Positions 11,636-24,800 of a stretch of 64,000 nucleotides of DNA are shown here, in pieces. The first letter of the stretch is position 1; each line of letters starts with the position of its first letter. The notes beneath the pieces are model-generated. The model was given only the letters and a program-made list of their open reading frames with translations. It had not been told where the DNA came from and ran no database searches. A program made the translations under genes and the position numbers. This stretch comes from the human T2T-CHM13v2.0 reference genome, Homo sapiens: the NCBI RefSeq assembly GCF_009914755.1, contig NC_060941.1; one strand, given 5' to 3'.

Positions 11636-14600
11636 GAATTCGTTGGAAACGGGATAATTTCAGCTGACTAAACAGAAGCAGTCTCAGAATCTTCTTTGTG
11701 ATGTTTGCATTCAAATCCCCGAGTTGAACTTTCCTTTCAAAGTTCACGTTTGAAACACTCTTTTTGCAGGATCTACAAGTGGATATTTGGACCACTCTGT
11801 GTCCTTCGTTCGAAACGGGTATATCTTCACATGACATCTAGACAGAAGCATTCTCAGAAGCTTCTCTGAGATGACTGCATTCAACTCACGGAGTTGAACA
11901 CTCCTTTTGAGAGCGCAGTTTTGAAACTCTCCTTCTGTGGCATCTGCAAGGGGACATGTAGACCTCTTTGAAGATTTCGTTGGAAACGGAATCATCTTCA
12001 CATAAAAACTATACAGATGCATTCTCAGGAACTTTTTGGTGATGTTTGTATTCAACTCCCAGAGTTGAACTTTCCTTTGGAAAGAGCAGCTATGAAACAC
12101 TCTTTTTCTAGAATCTGCAAGTGGACGTTTGGAGGGCTTTGTGGTTTGTGGTGGAAAAGGAAATATCTTCACCTAAATACTAGATAGAAGCATTCTCAGA
12201 AACTGCTTTGTGATGATTGCATTCACCTCACAGAGTTGAACATTCCTATTGATAGAGCAGTTTGGAAACACTCTTGTTGTGGAATGTGCAAGTGGAGATT
12301 TGGAGCGCTTTGAGGCCTATGGTAGTAAAGGGAATAGCTTCATAGAAAAACTAGACAGAAGCATTCTCAGAAAATACTTTGTGATGATTGAGTTTAACTC
12401 ACAGAGCTGAACATTCCTTTGGATGGAGCAGGTTTGAGACACACTTTTTGTAGAATCTACAAGTGGATATTTGGACCTCTCTGAGGATTTCGTTGGAAAC
12501 GGGATAACTGCACCTAACTAAACGGAAGCATTCTCAGAAACTTCTTGGTGATGTTTGCATTCAAATCCCAGAGTTGAACCTTCCTTTGATAGTTCAGGTT
12601 TGAAACACTCTTTTTGTAGGATCTGCAAGTGGATATTTGGACCACTCTGTGGCCTTCGTTCGAAACGGGTATATCTTCGCATAAAATCTAGACAGAAGCC
12701 TTCTCAGAAACTTCTCTGTGATGATTGCATTCAACTCACAGAGTTGAACCCTCCTATGGATAGAGCAGTGTTGAAACTCTCTTTTTGTGGAATCTGCAAG
12801 TGGATATGTGGACCTCTCCGAAGATGTCTTTGGAAACGGGAATATCTTCACATAAAAACTAAACAGAAGCATTCTCAGAAACTTCTCTGTGATGTTTGTG
12901 TTCAACTCCCAGAGTTTCACATTGCTTTTCATAGAGTAGTTCTGAAACATGCTTTTCGTAGTGTCTACAAGTGGACATTTGGAGCGCTTTCAGGCCTGTG
13001 GTGGAAAACGAATTATGGTCACATAAAAACTGGAGAGAAGCATTGTCAGAAACTTCTTTGTGATGATTGCATTCAACTCACAGAGTTGAAGGTTCCTTTT
13101 CAAAGAGCAGTTTCCAATCACTCTTTCTGTGGAATCTGCAAGTGGATATTTGGACCTATTTTGAAGATTTCGTTGGAAACGGGAGAATCTTCACAGGAAA
13201 GCTAAACAGAAGCATTCTCAGAAACTTCTTTGTGATGCTTGCATTCAACTCACAGAGTTGAACTTTCCTTTCGAGAGAGAAGCTTTGAAACACTCTTTTT
13301 CCAGAATCTGCAAGTGGACATTTGGAGGGCTTTGAGGCCTGTGGTGGAAAAGGAATTATCTTCCCGTAAAAGCTAGATAGAAGCATTCTCAGAAACTACT
13401 TTGTGATGATTGCATTCAAGTCACAGAGTTGAACATTCCCTTTGACAGAGCAGTTTGGAAACTCTCTTTGTGTAGAATCTGCAAGTGGAGATATGGACCG
13501 CTTTGAGGCCTATGGTAGTAAAGGAAATAGCTTCATATAAAAGCTAGACAGTAGCATTCACAGAAAACTCTTGGTGACGACTGAGTTTAACTCACAGAGC
13601 TGAACATTCCTTTGGATGGAGCAGTTTCGAAACACACTATTTGTAGAATGTGCAAGTGGATATTTGGGCCTCTCTGAGGATTTCGTTGGAAACGGGATAA
13701 ACCGCACAGAACTAAACAGAAGCATTCTCAGAACCTTCTTCGTGATGTTTGCATTCAACTCACAGTGTTGAACCTTTCTTTGATAGTTCAGGTTTGAAAC
13801 GGTCTTTCTGTAGAAACTGCAAGTAGATATTTGGACCTCTCTGAGGATTTCGTTGGAAACGGGATAACCCGCACAGAACTAAAACAGAAGAATTCTCAGA
13901 ACCCTCTTCGTGATGTTTGCATTCAACTCACAGTGCTGAACCTTTCTTTGATAGTTCAGCTTTGAAACACTCTTTCTGTAGAAACTGCAAGGGGATAATT
14001 GCACTCTTTGAGGAGTACCGTAGTAAAGGAAATAACTTCCTATAAAAAGAAGACAGAAGCTTTCTCAGAAAATTCTTTGGGATGATTGAGTTGAACTCAC
14101 AGAGCTGAGCATTCCTTGCGATGTAGCAGTTTAGAAACACACTTTCTGCAGAATCTGCAAGTGCATATTTGGACCTCTGTGAGGAATTCGTTGGAAACGG
14201 GATAATTTCAGCTGACTAAACAGAAGCAGTCTCAGAATCTTCTTTGTGATGTTTGCATTCAAATCCCCGAGTTGAACTTTCCTTTCAAAGTTCACGTTTG
14301 AAACACTCTTTTTGCAGGATCTACAAGTGGATATTTGGACCACTCTGTGTCCTTCGTTCGAAACGGGTATATCTTCACATGACATCTAGACAGAAGCATT
14401 CTCAGAAGCTTCTCTGTGATGACTGCATTCAACTCACGGAGTTGAACACTCCTTTTGAGAGCGCAGTTTTGAAACTCTCTTTCTGTGGCATCTGCAAGGG
14501 GACATGTAGACCTCTTTGAAGATTTCGTTGGAAACGGAATCATCTTCACATAAAAACTATACAGATGCATTCTCAGGAACTTTTTGGTGATGTTTGTATT

Positions 14601-17600
14601 CAACTCCCAGAGTTGAACTTTCCTTTGGAAAGAGCAGCTATGAAACACTCTTTTTCTAGAATCTGCAAGTGGACGTTTGGAGGGCTTTGTGGTTTGTGGT
14701 GGAAAAGGAAATATCTTCACCTAAATACTAGATAGAAGCATTCTCAGAAACTGCTTTGTGATGATTGCATTCACCTCACAGAGTTGAACATTCCTATTGA
14801 TAGAGCAGTTTGGAAACACTCTTGTTGTGGAATGTGCAAGTGGAGATTTGGAGCGCTTTGAGGCCTATGGTAGTAAAGGGAATAGCTTCATAGAAAAACT
14901 AGACAGAAGCATTCTCAGAAAATACTTTGTGATGATTGAGTTTAACTCACAGAGCTGAACATTCCTTTGGATGGAGCAGGTTTGAGACACACTTTTTGTA
15001 GAATCTACAAGTGGATATTTGGACCTCTCTGAGGATTTCGTTGGAAACGGGATAACTGCACCTAACTAAACGGAAGCATTCTCAGAAACTTCTTGGTGAT
15101 GTTTGCATTCAAATCCCAGTGTTGAACCTTCCTTTGATAGTTCAGGTTTGAAACACTCTTTTTGTAGGATCTGCAAGTGGATATTTGGACCACTCTGTGG
15201 CCTTCGTTCGAAACGGGTATATCTTCGCATAAAATCTAGACAGAAGCCTTCTCAGAAACTTCTCTGTGATGATTGCATTCAACTCACAGAGTTGAACCCT
15301 CCTATGGATAGAGCAGTGTTGAAACTCTCTTTTTGTGGAATCTGCAAGTGGATATGTGGACCTCTCCGAAGATGTCTTTGGAAACGGGAATATCTTCACA
15401 TAAAAACTAAACAGAAGCATTCTCAGAAACTTCTCTGTGATGTTTGTGTTCAACTCCCAGAGTTTCACATTGCTTTTCATAGAGTAGTTCTGAAACATGC
15501 TTTTCGTAGTGTCTACAAGTGGACATTTGGAGCGCTTTCAGGCCTGTGGTGGAAAACGAATTATGGTCACATAAAAACTGGAGAGAAGCATTGTCAGAAA
15601 CTTCTTTGTGATGATTGCATTCAACTCACAGAGTTGAAGGTTCCTTTTCAAAGAGCAGTTTCCAATCACTCTTTCTGTGGAATCTGCAAGTGGATATTTG
15701 GACCTATTTTGAAGATTTCGTTGGAAACGGGAGAATCTTCACAGGAAAGCTAAACAGAAGCATTCTCAGAAACTTCTTTGTGATGCTTGCATTCAACTCA
15801 CAGAGTTGAACTTTCCTTTCGAGAGAGAAGCTTTGAAACACTCTTTTTCCAGAATCTGCAAGTGGACATTTGGAGGGCTTTGAGGCCTGTGGTGGAAAAG
15901 GAATTATCTTCCCGTAAAAGCTAGATAGAAGCATTCTCAGAAACTACTTTGTGATGATTGCATTCAAGTCACAGAGTTGAACATTCCCTTTGACAGAGCA
16001 GTTTGGAAACTCTCTTTGTGTAGAATCTGCAAGTGGAGATATGGACCGCTTTGAGGCCTATGGTAGTAAAGGAAATAGCTTCATATAAAAGCTAGACAGT
16101 AGCATTCACAGAAAACTCTTGGTGACGACTGAGTTTAACTCACAGAGCTGAACATTCCTTTGGATGGAGCAGTTTCGAAACACACTATTTGTAGAATGTG
16201 CAAGTGGATATTTGGGCCTCTCTGAGGATTTCGTTGGAAACGGGATAAACCGCACAGAACTAAACAGAAGCATTCTCAGAACCTTCTTCGTGATGTTTGC
16301 ATTCAACTCACAGTGTTGAACCTTTCTTTGATAGTTCAGGTTTGAAACGGTCTTTCTGTAGAAACTGCAAGTAGATATTTGGACCTCTCTGAGGATTTCG
16401 TTGGAAACGGGATAACCCGCACAGAACTAAAACAGAAGAATTCTCAGAACCCTCTTCGTGATGTTTGCATTCAACTCACAGTGCTGAACCTTTCTTTGAT
16501 AGTTCAGCTTTGAAACACTCTTTCTGTAGAAACTGCAAGGGGATAATTGCACTCTTTGAGGAGTACCGTAGTAAAGGAAATAACTTCCTATAAAAAGAAG
16601 ACAGAAGCTTTCTCAGAAAATTCTTTGGGATGATTGAGTTGAACTCACAGAGCTGAGCATTCCTTGCGATGTAGCAGTTTAGAAACACACTTTCTGCAGA
16701 ATCTGCAAGTGCATATTTGGACCTCTGTGAGGAATTCGTTGGAAACGGGATAATTTCAGCTGACTAAACAGAAGCAGTCTCAGAATCTTCTTTGTGATGT
16801 TTGCATTCAAATCCCCGAGTTGAACTTTCCTTTCAAAGTTCACGTTTGAAACACTCTTTTTGCAGGATCTACAAGTGGATATTTGGACCACTCTGTGTCC
16901 TTCGTTCGAAACGGGTATATCTTCACATGACATCTAGACAGAAGCATTCTCAGAAGCTTCTCTGTGATGACTGCATTCAACTCACGGAGTTGAACACTCC
17001 TTTTGAGAGTGCAGTTTTGAAACTCTCTTTCTGTGGCATCTGCAAGGGGATAAGTAGACCTCTTTGAAGATTTCGTTGGAAACGGAATCATCTTCACATA
17101 AAAACTATACAGATGCATTCTCAGGAACTTTTTGGTGATGTTTGTATTCAACTCCCAGAGTTGAACTTTCCTTTGGAAAGAGCAGCTATGAAACACTGTT
17201 TTTCTAGAATCTGCAAGTGGACGTTTGGAGGGCTTTGTGGTTTGTGGTGGAAAAGGAAATATCTTCACCTAAATACTAGATAGAAGCATTCTCAGAAACT
17301 GCTTTGTGATGATTGCATTCACCTCACAGAGTTGAACATTCCTATTGATAGAGCAGTTTGGAAACACTCTTGTTGTGGAATGTGCAAGTGGAGATTTGGA
17401 GCGCTTTGAGGCCTATGGTAGTAAAGGGAATAGCTTCATAGAAAAACTAGACAGAAGCATTCTCAGAAAATACTTTGTGATGATTGAGTTTAACTCACAG
17501 AGCTGAACATTCCTTTGGATGGAGCAGGTTTGAGACACACTTTTTGTAGAATCTACAAGTGGATATTTGGACCTCTCTGAGGATTTCGTTGGAAACGGGA

Positions 17601-20600
17601 TAACTGCACCTAACTAAACGGAAGCATTCTCAGAAACTTCTTGGTGATGTTTGCATTCAAATCCCAGAGTTGAACCTTCCTTTGATAGTTCAGGTTTGAA
17701 ACACTCTTTTTGTAGGATCTGCAAGTGGATATTTGGACCACTCTGTGGCCTTCGTTCGAAACGGGTATATCTTCGCATAAAATCTAGACAGAAGCCTTCT
17801 CAGAAACTTCTCTGTGATGATTGCATTCAACTCACAGAGTTGAACCCTCCTATGGATAGAGCAGTGTTGAAACTCTCTTTTTGTGGAATCTGCAAGTGGA
17901 TATGTGGACCTCTCCGAAGATGTCTTTGGAAACGGGAATATCTTCACATAAAAACTAAACAGAAGCATTCTCAGAAACTTCTCTGTGATGTTTGTGTTCA
18001 ACTCCCAGAGTTTCACATTGCTTTTCATAGAGTAGTTCTGAAACATGCTTTTCGTAGTGTCTACAAGTGGACATTTGGAGCGCTTTCAGGCCTGTGGTGG
18101 AAAACGAATTATGGTCACATAAAAACTGGAGAGAAGCATTGTCAGAAACTTCTTTGTGATGATTGCATTCAACTCACAGAGTTGAAGGTTCCTTTTCAAA
18201 GAGCAGTTTCCAATCACTCTTTCTGTGGAATCTGCAAGTGGATATTTGGACCTATTTTGAAGATTTCGTTGGAAACGGGAGAATCTTCACAGGAAAGCTA
18301 AACAGAAGCATTCTCAGAAACTTCTTTGTGATGCTTGCATTCAACTCACAGAGTTGAACTTTCCTTTCGAGAGAGAAGCTTTGAAACACTCTTTTTCCAG
18401 AATCTGCAAGTGGACATTTGGAGGGCTTTGAGGCCTGCGGTGGAAAAGGAATTATCTTCCCGTAAAAGCTAGATAGAAGCATTCTCAGAAACTACTTTGT
18501 GATGATTGCATTCAAGTCACAGAGTTGAACATTCCCTTTGACAGAGCAGTTTGGAAACTCTCTTTGTGTAGAATCTGCAAGTGGAGATATGGACCGCTTT
18601 GAGGCCTATGGTAGTAAAGGAAATAGCTTCATATAAAAGCTAGACAGTAGCATTCACAGAAAACTCTTGGTGACGACTGAGTTTAACTCACAGAGCTGAA
18701 CATTCCTTTGGATGGAGCAGTTTCGAAACACACTATTTGTAGAATGTGCAAGTGGATATTTGGGCCTCTCTGAGGATTTCGTTGGAAACGGGATAAACCG
18801 CACAGAACTAAACAGAAGCATTCTCAGAACCTTCTTCGTGATGTTTGCATTCAACTCACAGTGTTGAACCTTTCTTTGATAGTTCAGGTTTGAAACGGTC
18901 TTTCTGTAGAAACTGCAAGTAGATATTTGGACCTCTCTGAGGATTTCGTTGGAAACGGGATAACCCGCACAGAACTAAAACAGAAGAATTCTCAGAACCC
19001 TCTTCGTGATGTTTGCATTCAACTCACAGTGCTGAACCTTTCTTTGATAGTTCAGCTTTGAAACACTCTTTCTGTAGAAACTGCAAGGGGATAATTGCAC
19101 TCTTTGAGGAGTACCGTAGTAAAGGAAATAACTTCCTATAAAAAGAAGACAGAAGCTTTCTCAGAAAATTCTTTGGGATGATTGAGTTGAACTCACAGAG
19201 CTGAGCATTCCTTGCGATGTAGCAGTTTAGAAACACACTTTCTGCAGAATCTGCAAGTGCATATTTGGACCTCTGTGAGGAATTCGTTGGAAACGGGATA
19301 ATTTCAGCTGACTAAACAGAAGCAGTCTCAGAATCTTCTTTGTGATGTTTGCATTCAAATCCCCGAGTTGAACTTTCCTTTCAAAGTTCACGTTTGAAAC
19401 ACTCTTTTTGCAGGATCTACAAGTGGATATTTGGACCACTCTGTGTCCTTCGTTCGAAACGGGTATATCTTCACATGACATCTAGACAGAAGCATTCTCA
19501 GAAGCTTCTCTGTGATGACTGCATTCAACTCACGGAGTTGAACACTCCTTTTGAGAGCGCAGTTTTGAAACTCTCTTTCTGTGGCATCTGCAAGGGGACA
19601 TGTAGACCTCTTTGAAGATTTCGTTGGAAACGGAATCATCTTCACATAAAAACTATACAGATGCATTCTCAGGAACTTTTTGGTGATGTTTGTATTCAAC
19701 TCCCAGAGTTGAACTTTCCTTTGGAAAGAGCAGCTATGAAACACTCTTTTTCTAGAATCTGCAAGTGGACGTTTGGAGGGCTTTGTGGTTTGTGGTGGAA
19801 AAGGAAATATCTTCACCTAAATACTAGATAGAAGCATTCTCAGAAACTGCTTTGTGATGATTGCATTCACCTCACAGAGTTGAACATTCCTATTGATAGA
19901 GCAGTTTGGAAACACTCTTGTTGTGGAATGTGCAAGTGGAGATTTGGAGCGCTTTGAGGCCTATGGTAGTAAAGGGAATAGCTTCATAGAAAAACTAGAC
20001 AGAAGCATTCTCAGAAAATACTTTGTGATGATTGAGTTTAACTCACAGAGCTGAACATTCCTTTGGATGGAGCAGGTTTGAGACACACTTTTTGTAGAAT
20101 CTACAAGTGGATATTTGGACCTCTCTGAGGATTTCGTTGGAAACGGGATAACTGCACCTAACTAAACGGAAGCATTCTCAGAAACTTCTTGGTGATGTTT
20201 GCATTCAAATCCCAGTGTTGAACCTTCCTTTGATAGTTCAGGTTTGAAACACTCTTTTTGTAGGATCTGCAAGTGGATATTTGGACCACTCTGTGGCCTT
20301 CGTTCGAAACGGGTATATCTTCGCATAAAATCTAGACAGAAGCCTTCTCAGAAACTTCTCTGTGCTGATTGCATTCAACTCACAGAGTTGAACCCTCCTA
20401 TGGATAGAGCAGTGTTGAAACTCTCTTTTTGTGGAATCTGCAAGTGGATATGTGGACCTCTCCGAAGATGTCTTTGGAAACGGGAATATCTTCACATAAA
20501 AACTAAACAGAAGCATTCTCAGAAACTTCTCTGTGATGTTTGTGTTCAACTCCCAGAGTTTCACATTGCTTTTCATAGAGTAGTTCTGAAACATGCTTTT

Positions 20601-21827
20601 CGTAGTGTCTACAAGTGGACATTTGGAGCGCTTTCAGGCCTGTGGTGGAAAACGAATTATGGTCACATAAAAACTGGAGAGAAGCATTGTCAGAAACTTC
20701 TTTGTGATGATTGCATTCAACTCACAGAGTTGAAGGTTCCTTTTCAAAGAGCAGTTTCCAATCACTCTTTCTGTGGAATCTGCAAGTGGATATTTGGACC
20801 TATTTTGAAGATTTCGTTGGAAACGGGAGAATCTTCACAGGAAAGCTAAACAGAAGCATTCTCAGAAACTTCTTTGTGATGCTTGCATTCAACTCACAGA
20901 GTTGAACTTTCCTTTCGAGAGAGAAGCTTTGAAACACTCTTTTTCCAGAATCTGCAAGTGGACATTTGGAGGGCTTTGAGGCCTGTGGTGGAAAAGGAAT
21001 TATCTTCCCGTAAAAGCTAGATAGAAGCATTCTCAGAAACTACTTTGTGATGATTGCATTCAAGTCACAGAGTTGAACATTCCCTTTGACAGAGCAGTTT
21101 GGAAACTCTCTTTGTGTAGAATCTGCAAGTGGAGATATGGACCGCTTTGAGGCCTATGGTAGTAAAGGAAATAGCTTCATATAAAAGCTAGACAGTAGCA
21201 TTCACAGAAAACTCTTGGTGACGACTGAGTTTAACTCACAGAGCTGAACATTCCTTTGGATGGAGCAGTTTCGAAACACACTATTTGTAGAATGTGCAAG
21301 TGGATATTTGGGCCTCTCTGAGGATTTCGTTGGAAACGGGATAAACCGCACAGAACTAAACAGAAGCATTCTCAGAACCTTCTTCGTGATGTTTGCATTC
21401 AACTCACAGTGTTGAACCTTTCTTTGATAGTTCAGGTTTGAAACGGTCTTTCTGTAGAAACTGCAAGTAGATATTTGGACCTCTCTGAGGATTTCGTTGG
21501 AAACGGGATAACCCGCACAGAACTAAAACAGAAGAATTCTCAGAACCCTCTTCGTGATGTTTGCATTCAACTCACAGTGCTGAACCTTTCTTTGATAGTT
21601 CAGCTTTGAAACACTCTTTCTGTAGAAACTGCAAGGGGATAATTGCACTCTTTGAGGAGTACCGTAGTAAAGGAAATAACTTCCTATAAAAAGAAGACAG
21701 AAGCTTTCTCAGAAAATTCTTTGGGATGATTGAGTTGAACTCACAGAGCTGAGCATTCCTTGCGATGTAGCAGTTTAGAAACACACTTTCTGCAGAATCT
21801 GCAAGTGCATATTTGGACCTCTGTGAG
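11636..21827 (+). repeat. Block of four 15-mer HOR variants, 2548 bp (16-mer minus 167 bp)
   Basis: Main EcoRI sites at 11636, 14184, 16732, 19280 and 21828 give a 2548-bp period. One copy of the triplicated 167-bp monomer is missing, with hybrid junctions at 13961-13975, 16509-16523, 19057-19071 and 21605-21619. Confidence 0.95.
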
Positions 21828-24800
21828 GAATTCGTTGGAAACGGGATAATTTCAGCTGACTAAACAGAAGCAGTCTCAGAATCTTCTTTGTGATGTTTGC
21901 ATTCAAATCCCCGAGTTGAACTTTCCTTTCAAAGTTCACGTTTGAAACACTCTTTTTGCAGGATCTACAAGTGGATATTTGGACCACTCTGTGTCCTTCG
22001 TTCGAAACGGGTATATCTTCACATGACATCTAGACAGAAGCATTCTCAGAAGCTTCTCTGTGATGACTGCATTCAACTCACGGAGTTGAACACTCCTTTT
22101 GAGAGTGCAGTTTTGAAACTCTCTTTCTGTGGCATCTGCAAGGGGATAAGTAGACCTCTTTGAAGATTTCGTTGGAAACGGAATCATCTTCACATAAAAA
22201 CTATACAGATGCATTCTCAGGAACTTTTTGGTGATGTTTGTATTCAACTCCCAGAGTTGAACTTTCCTTTGGAAAGAGCAGCTATGAAACACTCTTTTTC
22301 TAGAATCTGCAAGTGGACGTTTGGAGGGCTTTGTGGTTTGTGGTGGAAAAGGAAATATCTTCACCTAAATACTAGATAGAAGCATTCTCAGAAACTGCTT
22401 TGTGATGATTGCATTCACCTCACAGAGTTGAACATTCCTATTGATAGAGCAGTTTGGAAACACTCTTGTTGTGGAATGTGCAAGTGGAGATTTGGAGCGC
22501 TTTGAGGCCTATGGTAGTAAAGGGAATAGCTTCATAGAAAAACTAGACAGAAGCATTCTCAGAAAATACTTTGTGATGATTGAGTTTAACTCACAGAGCT
22601 GAACATTCCTTTGGATGGAGCAGGTTTGAGACACACTTTTTGTAGAATCTACAAGTGGATATTTGGACCTCACTGAGGATTTCGTTGGAAACGCGATAAC
22701 TGCACCTAACTAAACGGAAGCATTCTCAGAAACTTCTTGGTGATGTTTGCATTCAAATCCCAGAGTAGAACCTTCCTTTGATAGTTCAGGTTTGAAACAC
22801 TCTTTTTGTAGGATCTGCAAGTGGATATTTGGACCACTCTGTGGCCTTCGTTCGAAACGGGTATATCTTCGCATAAAATCTAGACAGAAGCCTTCTCAGA
22901 AACTTCTCTGTGATGATTGCATTCAACTCACAGAGTTGAAGGTTCCTTTTCAAAGAGCAGTTTCCAATCACTCTTTCTGTGGAGTCTGCAAGTGGATATT
23001 TGGACCTATTTTGAAGATTTCGTTGGAAACGGGAGAATCTTCACAGGAAAGCTAAACAGAAGCATTCTCAGAAACTTCTTTGTGATGCTTGCATTCAACT
23101 CACAGAGTTGAACTTTCCTTTCGAGAGAGAAGCTTTGAAACACTCTTTTTCCAGAATCTGCAAGTGGACATTTGGAGGGCTTTGAGGCCTGTGGTGGAAA
23201 AGGAATTATCTTCCCGTAAAAGCTAGATAGAAGCATTCTCAGAAACTACTTTGTGATGATTGCATTCAAGTCACAGAGTTGAACATTCCCTTTGACAGAG
23301 CAGTTTGGAAACTCTCTTTGTGTAGAATCTGCAAGTGGAGATATGGACCGCTTTGAGGCCTATGGTAGTAAAGGAAATAGCTTCATATAAAAGCTAGACA
23401 GTAGCATTCACAGAAAACTCTTGGTGACGACTGAGTTTAACTCACAGAGCTGAACATTCCTTTGGATGGAGCAGTTTCGAAACACACTATTTGTAGAATG
23501 TGCAAGTGGATATTTGGGCCTCTCTGAGGATTTCGTTGGAAACGGGATAAACCGCACAGAACTAAACAGAAGCATTCTCAGAACCTTCTTCGTGATGTTT
23601 GCATTCAACTCACAGTGTTGAACCTTTCTTTGATAGTTCAGGTTTGAAACGGTCTTTCTGTAGAAACTGCAAGTAGATATTTGGACCTCTCTGAGGATTT
23701 CGTTGGAAACGGGATAACCCGCACAGAACTAAAACAGAAGCATTCTCAGAACCCTCTTCGTGATGTTTGCATTCAACTCACAGTGTTGAACCTTTCTTTG
23801 ATAGTTCAGCTTTGAAACACTCTTTTTGTAGAAACTGCAAGTGGATATTTGGTCCTCTCTGAGGATTTCGTTGGAAACGGGATAAACTGCACAGAACTAA
23901 ACAGAAGCATTCTCAGAACCTTCTTCGTGATGTCTGCATTCAACTCACAGTGTGGAACCTTTCTTTGATAGTTCAGGTTTGAAACACTCTTTCTGTAGAA
24001 ACTGCAAGGGGATAATTGCACTCTTTGAGGAGTACCGTAGTAAAGGAAATAACTTCCTATAAAAAGAAGACAGAAGCTTTCTCAGAAAATTCTTTGGGAT
24101 GATTGAGTTGAACTCACAGAGCTGAGCATTCCTTGCGATGTAGCAGTTTAGAAACACACTTTCTGCAGAATCTGCAAGTGCATATTTGGACCTCTGTGAG
24201 GAATTCGTTGGAAACGGGATAATTTCAGCTGACTAAACAGAAGCAGTCTCAGAATCTTCTTTGTGATGTTTGCATTCAAATCCCCGAGTTGAACTTTCCT
24301 TTCAAAGTTCACGTTTGAAACACTCTTTTTGCAGGATCTACAAGTGGATATTTGGACCACTCTGTGTCCTTCGTTCGAAACGGGTATATCTTCACATGAC
24401 ATCTAGACAGAAGCATTCTCAGAAGCTTCTCTGTGATGACTGCATTCAACTCACGGAGTTGAACACTCCTTTTGAGAGCGCAGTTTTGAAACTCTCTTTC
24501 TGTGGCATCTGCAAGGGGACATGTAGACCTCTTTGAAGATTTCGTTGGAAACGGAATCATCTTCACATAAAAACTACACAGATGCATTCTCAGGAACTTT
24601 TTGGTGATGTTTGTATTCAACTCCCAGAGTTGAACTTTCCTTTGGAAAGAGCAGCTATGAAACACTCTTTTTCTAGAATCTGCAAGTGGACGTTTGGAGG
24701 GCTTTGTGGTTTGTGGTGGAAAAGGAAATATCTTCACCTAAATACTAGATAGAAACATTCTCAGAAACTGCTTTGTGATGATTGCATTCACCTCACAGAG

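Noticed and set aside
21220-23425. 2206-bp unit as the classical polymorphic D17Z1 13-mer
   Set aside because: It occurs once and is the sum of two separate deletions (167 + 342 bp). It disappears in EcoRI register and is not a contiguous three-monomer deletion.
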